Source of the DNA: Paraspadella gotoi
Lineage: Eukaryota; Animalia; Chaetognatha
Assembly (NCBI GenBank): GCA_051294375.1
Contig: JBJCIZ010000580.1
Coordinates: 1 to 10,337, forward strand
Direction: 5' to 3'
DNA length: 10,337 bases
Position 1 is the stretch's first letter; every line of letters begins with the position of its first letter. The notes beneath the pieces are model-generated. The model saw only the letters and a program-made list of their open reading frames with translations, did not search any database and was not told where the DNA came from. A program made the translations under genes and the position numbers. Below, one piece after another: positions 1-8,261 of the stretch.

Positions 1-104
1 CCTTCTATCTCTCTCTCTCTCTCTCTTCTTCCTCCCCTTCCTTTTCTCTCCCCTGAATCTTTAATTGAGTTCGCGTATTTTTTTGTTTAGGAGATTCGTG
101 ATTT

Positions 105-400
105 TTCGAGTCAAGAGGAGGGAAAGAAAGGTTGAGGAGGGTTAAAGAGAGGAAAAGAGAGGTTGAGGAGGTTTTTAAAAGAGGGAAAGGGGGAATAGAG
201 AGGTTTTGGGGAAAAATAAAAGATAGAAAAGGCCGAAGAGAGATTTTGAAAAGCTGAGGAAAATGGAAGGAAAAGAGACGTTGCAGGAGGGTTGAAGAGA
301 GGAAAAGGGAAAAGAGAGGTTGAGGAGGGGAAAGAGAGAGAAAAGGAAAAGAGAGGTTTGAAGAGGTTGAGAGAAAAGGGAAAAGGAAGGAAAGGAGATG
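105..400. repeat. Degenerate purine-rich minisatellite / low-complexity tract
   Basis: Recurrent motif (gag)aggaaaagagaggttgaggagg and variants, e.g. near 146-171, 296-329 and 345-380. The plus strand is strongly G/A-biased. Confidence 0.7.
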
Positions 401-1299
401 GTTTTGCGTCAAACTTTTAAAGAGGAGTGTTACCGGTGTCAAAGTTGAAGTTAAGACCGTTGATTAGATGGCAACAAGTTCAGAAGTGAGGTTGAAAACG
501 TTTAAGAAAATTAAGAAAGAAGAAAAGTTAAGAACAAATAAAACAAGTTTGAGCAAACAATGCCGGATCTCTCAAAGTCATTTAATTTTTCATTAATTTA
601 TTAAAGAATTAATCAATTAATGATTAACTGATTTATTTTAAATATTTAATTGGAATAATTTCAATTTATGGCCCCCCTTAAATTGGTCTCTCGCTCTCTC
701 TCTCTGTAGAAAGACTTGGCTTTTTCCCTCGTCGTAGGGTAAGAATTTGTTCTCGTCGTGAGGGAGGCTCAACTGCATCTGACAAGACTCCCGAACGTTC
801 TATAAATATTATATATTTAATTATATATATATATATTTTTTGCTTCACCGCGCGTTTTCAGATCATTTATCATCCTCTTTGCAGAATCGTGAGTTTCTTT
901 GCCTGGTATTCTCTGTCCTCTCCCGCAGGGCGATCGTGCAGATCTATTGGAAACTGGTCGTAGGATCGTGTATTCGTGAGTATTTTTTGTGATTGAATTC
1001 CAGTCGGTGGCGGGAACTTACAGACGTATTTCCTCGTCTATCGAGAGATTTGAACCCGGCGCAAAAGATCAAACTGCCAGGATCGGCCGGCGGTTTGTTT
1101 TTCCGTTGACCTCTCCCGATGCTATTTGAATTTGTTTTTCGCCACGTGTCTCGTTTCGTGGACAATTTTAACGCTGGCGTCCATCGATTGGTTCAAAAAA
1201 TGTTGGACTCAAATTTTTGAAGGATCACTGAAACTGTTCAACGTCTCTTATTTGTGGCTTGTTTAATTTGTTTTCGACAGTAATTATTGTTATGTGTAG

Positions 1300-1476
1300 C
1301 TGACAGAAACCGTTCAATGAAGAGTACCGAGGTTCGATCAGGCTGTAACACCTGTTACAGGGGGTAGCGCCCCGTCCCTACTTAACTGTTAGGCGACCAA
1401 CGGGCTAGAACCCCGACCTTTGGTTTGGGAGCGTATGAACTTGCCTCCGGCACCAATGGCCGCTGATGAGACGGTT
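1300..1476 (-). mobile_element. tRNA-derived SINE-like element (degenerate tRNA head at 1463-1392 plus a structured GC-rich body)
   Basis: The minus strand reads GCGGCCA-TTGGTGCCGGAGGCAAG...CTCCCAA...GGTCGGGGTTCTAGCCCG-T-TGGTCGC. This gives an acceptor-like 7-bp stem (GCGGCCA/TGGTCGC), a degenerate A box and a B box/T arm (GGTTCTAGCCC). The anticodon stem does not pair, so it is not a functional tRNA. The body contains hairpins (ctgtaaca-cc-tgttacag, 1343-1360). It is a GC-rich island within AT-rich flanks. Confidence 0.6.
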
Positions 1477-2329
1477 AGTGGATTTTAGATCACACATTAA
1501 TACTCTAATTGATTTTAATGATAATCATTACATTTTAATTGTTAATATTTAACCTCTTTCCTTTATACAATCACGTGATATTTATTATAATAACCAGTAT
1601 CGGGGTTTTTTAAGAGTTTACTAATCGTTTCCAATCCGTTAATTTGCTTTAAATCATTTTATAATAATCCCGCTATGATCGCGTGATTAGCTGCTTTATT
1701 TTAGGTGATGTCTCAATTGCTCATGGCCTGCTCGAATATGTGCTGCAGTTTTCGAAATCATTATATCAGAACTGTTATGAACCACTGACCGGTCACCAAT
1801 AGTTGCTAATTATAGAGAAGAGGGAAAGATGCTCGACATCAATATCGGGGCTAAAAAAAATGCGTTAAAGAGGTGTTTCACTTCACTCATTTGCTGTATA
1901 AGAGTCATATCCCAGACAAATGAAGGCAGAGTCGCATGCTGAGGAAGAGGAATGTTTTTACTTATATTTTGAATAACATTTTATTGAATTAAATGAATTA
2001 TAGTGGTAATACTTTTTTCCTAGATAGTAGAAATATTATTAAGGGCGCTCTCGGTAAAAAAAGGTCTATTTTTGCAAGGGCCTCACTCGATTGACCCATT
2101 TTGGAGAAAAGGATCCTAACGGTAGGGGAATTTTTTCAAATTGGCGTTCTGGGACATAAGCAAATGTTAAAAAAAACAAAAAAAAAAAACAAAAACAAAA
2201 AACAAAACGGAAAAGGATAGGCAGACTTTTGAAAAGACGCTTAGGCTAATCAATTTTAATCATAATTATAAAAAAATGGCCCGGGGATATAGCTGACTTT
2301 AAACAGGAAAAGGAAAGGATAAAAGCACA

Positions 2330-3130
2330 GTAAAAAGCGCCAGGGATAAGCAAAATTTTAAATAAAGCACCCTGAATAACCATGAATTTGAAAACGGCGC
2401 CTTGGATAGGCAAATTTAAAAAAAAAGGCACCCTGGGATAACCAGATTTAAAAGGCGCCGAGAGATAGGCAAAGAATTTAGAAAAGGCACCCTGGATAAC
2501 CAGAATTTGGAAAAGGCCGCCGAGAGATAGGCAAAATTAAGAAAAGGCATCCTGGATAACAGAATTTTGAAAACGGCGCCTTTGGATAGGCCAAAATTTA
2601 AGAAAAGGCACCCCTGGATAACCAGAATTTGAAAAAGGCAGCCGACGAGATAGCGCAAATTAAGAAAAGGCACCCTGGATAACCAGAATTTTGAAAAAGC
2701 GCCTAGAGATAGGCCAAAATTTAAGAAAAGGCACCCTGGGATAACCAGAATTTTGAAAACGGTGCTTTGGGATAGGCCAAAATTTAAGAAAAGGCACCCG
2801 GATAACCAGAATTTGAAAACGGCGCCTTGGGATAGGCAAAATTTAAGAAAAAAGCCTTTTGAGGATAATTCGATTTTGAAAAAGGCACCGAGAGATAGGC
2901 AAAATAAGAAAAGCACCCTGAGATAACCAGATTTGAAAACGGTGCCTAGAGATGGGCAAATTTAAGAAAAAGCATCCTGAGATAACCAGAATTTTGAAAC
3001 GGGCGCATTGGGATAGGCAAAATTGGAAAAAGCCTTTTGGGATAAGCGGAAATTTTGAAAAAGGGCCTAGAGATAGGCAGAGTTTGATAAAAGGCACCTT
3101 GGATAAATACGGCACCGAGGGGATAATCAC
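2330..3130. repeat. Tandem satellite/minisatellite of ~30-bp monomers arranged as an alternating ~60-bp A-B dimer (about 13 dimers)
   Basis: A is approximately gaaaaggcaccctggataaccagaattttg. B is approximately aaaacggcgccttgggataggcaaaatttaa or aaaaaggcgccgagagataggcaaaattaa. The A/B alternation is readable by eye, and more degenerate units extend to about 2040 and about 3200. Confidence 0.92.
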
Positions 3131-3302
3131 ATTTCTAAAAAAGTCACCCTAAATTTTTGTGTAAATATAAAGAGGGCGCCCAAAGATAAGAGCTTTTCTC
3201 AAAAAGAGTTTGCGAAATTTATCAGGGTGCCCCTACGGAGGATCTTCAGAGGTCGCGCGTCAGGCGTCACATCAATTCGATCCATTCTGATTAACCGACT
3301 TA

Positions 3303-3343
3303 AGGAGAGAGGAAACGATAGATTATGGAGAGATAGAGAGAGG

Positions 3344-3374
<31 letters not shown>

Positions 3375-3413
3375 GAGAGAGAGAGAAAGTGAGAGAAATA
3401 CAGAGAGAGACAG

Positions 3414-3446
<33 letters not shown>

Positions 3447-3542
3447 AGAGAGCTAGAGAGAGTGAATGCTGTTGTATTCGGAAGAAGAAAAGAACGACAA
3501 CAGAAATCCGAAAATAGGCACAAAAGAATTTGGGAGGAATAA

Positions 3543-3593
<51 letters not shown>

Positions 3594-3715
3594 GAAAGAG
3601 AAGAAAGAGAAGACAGAGGGTGTGTAAAACGTGTTATTTGAGATGATAATTGGCATCTTGGCTCTCGATCCCAGGGGCCAATTGAATTTGAATGAGGCCA
3701 GACTATTGAAAGTCT

Positions 3716-3764
<49 letters not shown>

Positions 3765-3900
3765 AGAGAGAGGAGAGATAGAAACAGAGAGTTGGAGAGA
3801 GAGATGAGAGATGGAGAGAGAGATAGATAGAAATTGGAATGAATGCCCGAATACAGACAGAGAGAGAGAGAGAAAAAAAAAAAGAGAGAGAGATAGAGAC

Positions 3901-3938
<38 letters not shown>

Positions 3939-4007
3939 AATTGGAAGTGAATGCCGAATACCAGAACAGAGAGAGACAGGGAGAGAGAGATAGAGACAGA
4001 GAGAGAA

Positions 4008-4042
<35 letters not shown>

Positions 4043-4152
4043 AAGAGAGAGAGGGAAATTGGAAGTGAATGCCCATAAACCAGGACAGAGAGAGACGAGA
4101 GAGAGAGTGCAAGCAGAGATAGAGACAGAGAGAGAGAAAACGAAGAAAGGAA

Positions 4153-4193
<41 letters not shown>

Positions 4194-4232
4194 GAGAGAG
4201 AGAAGATTGGAAGTGATGCCCGAATACCAGAC
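3303..4232. repeat. (GA)n microsatellite field containing a composite minisatellite (four ~32-bp cores separated by GA spacers)
   Basis: Long (GA)n runs at about 3327-3461, 3548-3586 and 3717-3761. The core aattggaagtgaatgcccgaataccagac recurs with variation at about 3832, 3939, 4057 and 4205. Confidence 0.9.
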
Positions 4233-4288
4233 GGAGCGAAGACCATTTTTTCCTCTTTACTGTCTGAGTCATTTATAGGTAGAATTCG

Positions 4289-4322
4289 GTCGTTCGTCGT
4301 CGTCGTCGTCGTCGTTCGTCGT
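4289..4322. repeat. (GTC)n microsatellite with gttc interruptions
   Basis: gtcgttcgtcgtcgtcgtcgtcgtcgttcgtcgt. The same type of interrupted tract occurs at 6889-6921. Confidence 0.9.
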
Positions 4323-4346
4323 TTTGCTTCTTCACGTCGCTCGACG

Positions 4347-4478
4347 CATTTCCGGGGTCACGTGATCAAAAATTGCCTTAGCAACGCGGGTGGACGCCCA
4401 TGGCAACGGGAGACACGGATTTTTCTTGGCGGATCTCCTTAGCGACGCGAGTTTGACCTTGAACCGTCGCCATGGCAC
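4347..4478. promoter_or_regulatory. Cluster of transcription-factor-like motifs: RFX X-boxes, an E-box/CLEAR-type site and an NR5A-type site
   Basis: ATTGCCTTAGCAAC (4372-4385) and ATCTCCTTAGCGAC (4433-4446) fit the X-box consensus RTHNYYWTRRNRAC. Partial X-boxes lie at 4394-4407 and 4466-4478, TCACGTGA at 4358-4365 and TGACCTTGA at 4454-4462. These are motif matches only; function is not shown. Confidence 0.3.
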
Positions 4479-4510
4479 GGATGCGAAGAGAGAGAAAGCT
4501 TCCAAAAATG

Positions 4511-4677
4511 CCTGATTTCTGGTAAAGACGAAAAACAATAAGCCTGCAGGGTCTGCTTACGAAATTGATATTACTAATAAACAATTTATAATTCATTCAT
4601 CAAATAAGCTATCTCGCCCCTGACTTTAACAGGCTTTGGTGGTTTAAGCCCAACATCACTCTAACAAGATAATAACA
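4511..4677. mobile_element. Dispersed-repeat terminus, copy 1 (putative end of a non-autonomous rolling-circle element)
   Basis: Aligns with 6480-6617. The best block is tgactttaacaggctttggtggtttaagcccaacatcactctaacaagataataaca versus tgactttggacaggctttggtggttttaggcctccatcactcttacaagataataaca. Similarity stops abruptly after ...aagataataaca in both copies. Confidence 0.6.
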
Positions 4678-4951
4678 CGAGAGAGTTAAAACCCAGATTT
4701 TTCAACCCAGAATCAATTCGCCTAGCGAATGACCATTCCGATTTTGCGATTACTTTAATAACACTATTAAACTCATATTAATGATTCATAGACACTTCAA
4801 TTAACTATTATAGAAGAAGGATGATCGAGATTCATCCCTAAACTTTTCAGATCTCGTTTAGTCACTTCCCGATTACCTGGCTTCCCTATAAATGAAGTGG
4901 TGTGGCAGCAAGAACTTAAAGCTGCCTCACTGCTGTTCCGTCCTCAGCCTC

Positions 4952-5170
4952 GTCTCAATGGCTGAGCAGGCTAAATCATCTCATTCCATCCGTGCGTCCC
5001 GGGTTCAATCCCTGGGTATCCCGTTCTGGCTTAAATGTACGGTGCCGGTATAAACATGCCAGTGACAGGGAAGGCGGTCACTGAGGGTCCGCAGCCCTAC
5101 GCCAGTTGTTTGAGATACCCGCGCCCCGGGTATCACAGGCTATCCTCCCGTTGCCATAGTGGGGATAATA
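4952..5170 (+). mobile_element. tRNA-derived SINE with internal RNA polymerase III promoter
   Basis: A box TGGCTGAGCAGG (4959-4970) and B box GGTTCAATCCC (5002-5012) sit at tRNA-like spacing, with a T-arm stem CCGGG/CCTGG and no acceptor stem. The GC-rich body has hairpins (cagtgac/gtcactg 5060-5083; gatacccg/cgggtatc 5114-5134; tatcctc/ggggata 5141-5167) and ends in a short ataata tail. Confidence 0.72.
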
Positions 5171-5869
5171 TTTTCAAAGAATGTTCAATTGAATAAAAGG
5201 AAAACTCCCATAAGTATTAGATCTGAGAATACTATAGCGTTAAAAAACAATACTTTATCATCTTGTATGATGGGATGAAGAGCTGTCCAAAGTCAGGAGA
5301 CAATATAGCTTTACTTAGGATAATTTTAATTTGGATAATGGCTATACACAATTCGGAAGAAAGAGATACGTCTTTAGAGAGAAAGAGTCATGAATCAAGC
5401 TGGGGAAGTGAGTCACCGAGTCGGTGATGCTTTGGATTTCGGTGAAGTATGAATTGAATCGAGAACGAAGCTGAGTGAGTTAATGGTGAGGGAAGAGGAG
5501 GGAGAGTGAGAGAGGGTAAGGACGAGTAAGGAATCTAGCGGAGACGAAGTTTGAAAAAAAAAAATTTCGAATTGAAAAAAGTACGAAAAGACTTTCATCA
5601 TGTAGAAGCTCGTTTTCGGAAACCATTGGTTGGCTCTCTCTCCTCACTCTCTCTCTCTTCTTTCTCTCTCTCTCCCTCTCTCTCCCTTCCCTCTCCTCCC
5701 TCTCTTTCCCCCCGTCTTCCATTTCCCCCTCAGACGAGGTTAACGGGAATAGTCGGCCCATTGAGAGAGATAAAGCGACGATGACTTTATGCTATCGTCG
5801 AAGCGGGAATGGGCAAAGATAGGTAAGAAGAAGAGAGAGGATGGAGAAAAGAGGAGTAGAGGAGGGGGC

Positions 5870-6260
5870 GGGAGGAGATAGGAAGATGAGTAAGAGAAGT
5901 AGAGGAAAAGATAAGTAAAGGAGGAGGTAGGAGGCGGAGGAGATAGGAAGATGAGTAAGAGAAGTAGAGGAAAAGATAAGTAAAGGAGGGTAGGAGGTGG
6001 GAGGAGATAAGAAGATGAGTAAGAGAGATGAGGAAGTAAGTAAAGAGGGGCAGGAGGCGGGAGAGATAGGAAGATGAGTAAGAGAAGTAGAGAAAGAGAA
6101 GTAAAGGGGGGGCAGGAGGTGAAGAGATAGGAAGATGGTAAGAGAGTAGAGGAAAGAGAAGTAAAGAGGGGGCAGGAGGTGGGGGGAGATAGGAATATGA
6201 GTAAGAGAAGTAGAGGAAAAGAGAAGTAAAGGAGGCGGGAGGAGAAGAGAGATATAGGTT
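5870..6260. repeat. Polypurine tandem minisatellite, ~60-64-bp unit, about 6 copies
   Basis: The unit is approximately gagataggaagatgagtaagagaagtagaggaaaagataagtaaaggaggggcaggaggcgg, starting at about 5875, 5940, 6004, 6063, 6124 and 6186. Confidence 0.9.
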
Positions 6261-6361
6261 GAAGAAGAGAGGAAGGGAAAAGGCAAGATAGAAAAGAACA
6301 AATAGAGAAGTAATAAAAAGAGAAATAAATGTTACCAATTGATTTAACAAACGAGAAAGGA

Positions 6362-6380
6362 TGACTGACTGACTGACTGA
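6362..6380. repeat. (TGAC)n tetranucleotide microsatellite
   Basis: tgactgactgactgactga. Confidence 0.85.
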
Positions 6381-6479
6381 TAAGACGACTTGCTTCTCAT
6401 ATAAAAAGGCGACTCATAGAACGAATCGTTCTCGTGATTCGTGGCCTCAAATCAACGACAAGTTTTCACTTTTTTGGGG

Positions 6480-6617
6480 TCTGAATGTCTGGATAAGTCC
6501 GTAAATGGTCTTTTTTATGAAATTGGTACGAACAATATACAAATTATTAATAAATAAGTTGACTTTGGACAGGCTTTGGTGGTTTTAGGCCTCCATCACT
6601 CTTACAAGATAATAACA
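6480..6617. mobile_element. Dispersed-repeat terminus, copy 2
   Basis: Homologous to 4511-4677 (ggtct...gaaattg.ta...aata.acaa.ttat...aaataag...tgacttt...acaggctttggtggttt...catcactct.acaagataataaca). Confidence 0.6.
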
Positions 6618-6650
6618 TACAGTGTGTCCCAATGGTACTGTCGGTTAACT
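6618..6650 (+). mobile_element. Possible solitary Tc1/mariner-type terminal inverted repeat
   Basis: TA followed by CAGTGTGTCCCA resembles the common TA|CAG(G/T)GTGTCCC start of Tc1/mariner TIRs. It begins exactly where the preceding repeat homology stops. I found no convincing partner TIR in the window. Confidence 0.3.
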
Positions 6651-7468
6651 TTTACATATTGTGCGGAAGTGTTATTAAATCTTATTTCTGGGAAAACAAT
6701 GTCAAAGATAAGTTTTTACTATTTATGATAACTATAAGTATTTTATCGAATTTCAAATTTTTATAATTTTTTTTTTGCAGAACATTCAATTTAAATGAGC
6801 ATCATTTCTCACTTTTTTAATTATCGAGCCATGACCGGCGAAGCCGGTCAGGCTCTATTGTTTTAGTATTGCTTTTTGTGAGGTGATATCGTCGTTCGTC
6901 GTCGTCGTCGTCGTCGGCGTCACGTTTTTTTGTATAAAACTACTGCGCCTTTATAGTTTTGGTGGAACTTACCGTTTTTTTTAAATAAAAATTATTATGA
7001 ATTATTATAAAGTTTACAAAAGTGTGCGATCATAGTAAGTTAAAAAATTAGATATGGCTTCTCAATTGAAATAGCTTTGATATTTTCTTATTACATTATT
7101 GATTTAAGTTATTTTTGTTTGAATTTCCACTTCATTATGGATTTACTGCATATATGCTACGCAATGAGATTAGTATCACTGTATAATATCCAAATTAAGT
7201 ATATAGAAATGCTTTAAGCTAATTTACCATATTGCAGTATATAATATTGAAGATGAATTCAAAATTTTTTTTTAAATTTCTAATAAAAATGGGAACTTCA
7301 CAAAGGTTTTTAATTGAGATTATACTATGGTTTCTTAATTTTAATACAATAAAATAAATCTTTTACAAGCTGCGATGTGAGAAAAATTGGAAAGTATTTC
7401 CAATTGTAACTTTGTAACATTTTTTGCCTTTCTTTTATTTATTTTTTAATTATATATTTTTTTTTTTA

Positions 7469-8066
7469 GGCCGCTGCTTTTCTGAATCGTTTAAAAACGA
7501 GTTCAGTTTCTCTCTCGTCTCTCTTTTGTGCGATCTCTTGGTGATCGTTCGTTTTTTGAAAAATTCTGATTATTTTTTTCTTCTAAAAAAACATATATAT
7601 TTTGATCAGGCGCTGCCTTCTTTTCTGAATCGTTTAAAAAAACGAGTTCAGGCTCTCTCTCTCTCTCCCTCCGTCTCTGCTCTCTCTCTCACTCTCTCTC
7701 TCTCTCTCTCTCTTTTTTTTACAAAAAAAATTATTCACTTTGTTTTACCACCGTTTTTTGAAAATATTCTTATTATTTCTGTCCTTACTCAAAACTTTTA
7801 TTTACCGCGCTTATCCGCGCTTCTTTCTCATCATACAAAATCCCAAATTTACATCTGATGATTTTCGTGGCATTTTATGTTTCGAGAAAATGTTGAAGAA
7901 TAACTTACTTGACACTGGATTTCGTGGCCCGTTGCGGGGCAACGAGTAAACAATGTCGAGGAACATGACCTAATAACGCGTTACGTGTTATAAAAAAAAT
8001 CAACTTGACCGAGATCACGCCGATATAAAACAAGAGTGACCTAATATTGCGTTATCGTTGGCGGGA

Positions 8067-8122
<56 letters not shown>

Positions 8123-8223
8123 TCTCTCTCATCTCTCTCTCTCTCTCCACCTCTCTCTCTTTTTTTTTTTACAAAAAAATTTATTCACTTCGTAAACGAG
8201 TAAACGAGTAAACGAGTTCCGGC

Positions 8224-8261
<38 letters not shown>

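Noticed and set aside
5-442. 145-aa minus-strand ORF (likewise 5787-6350 and 5792-6301)
   Set aside because: Low-complexity L/S/F/P products of polypyrimidine repeats with non-ATG starts.
1392-1463. Functional tRNA-Gly(CCC) gene
   Set aside because: The anticodon and D stems do not pair and the T arm is irregular; treated as a SINE head or pseudogene.
1463-1480. CTGATGAG hammerhead ribozyme core (also CTGATGA at 7855)
   Set aside because: I could not build a correctly placed stem II-GAAA with compatible stems I and III around either site.
2246-3152. ORFs through the 30/60-bp array (20-aa periodic peptides)
   Set aside because: Frequent 1-nt indels between units break the frame and no family is recognisable; best explained as non-coding satellite, though sequencing error cannot be excluded.
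3146-3232. hAT-like ends (caccctaa; cagggtgccc)
   Set aside because: The first is a degenerate satellite monomer, and I found no matching partner or 8-bp TSD.
3829-4232. CRISPR-like repeat-spacer appearance
   Set aside because: Spacers are GA microsatellite of unequal length and related to each other, repeats are degenerate, no cas genes are present, and the context is eukaryotic.
3227-4442. Long overlapping ORFs on both strands (up to 307 aa; SLSLSL / ERERER)
   Set aside because: They are translations of (GA)n/(CT)n repeats, which lack stop codons; there is no domain-like sequence.
4853-5420. Imperfect 18-bp inverted repeat (15/18; 4853-4870 vs 5403-5420) around the SINE as MITE TIRs
   Set aside because: Short, mismatched, with no target-site duplication or recognisable superfamily terminus; may be chance.
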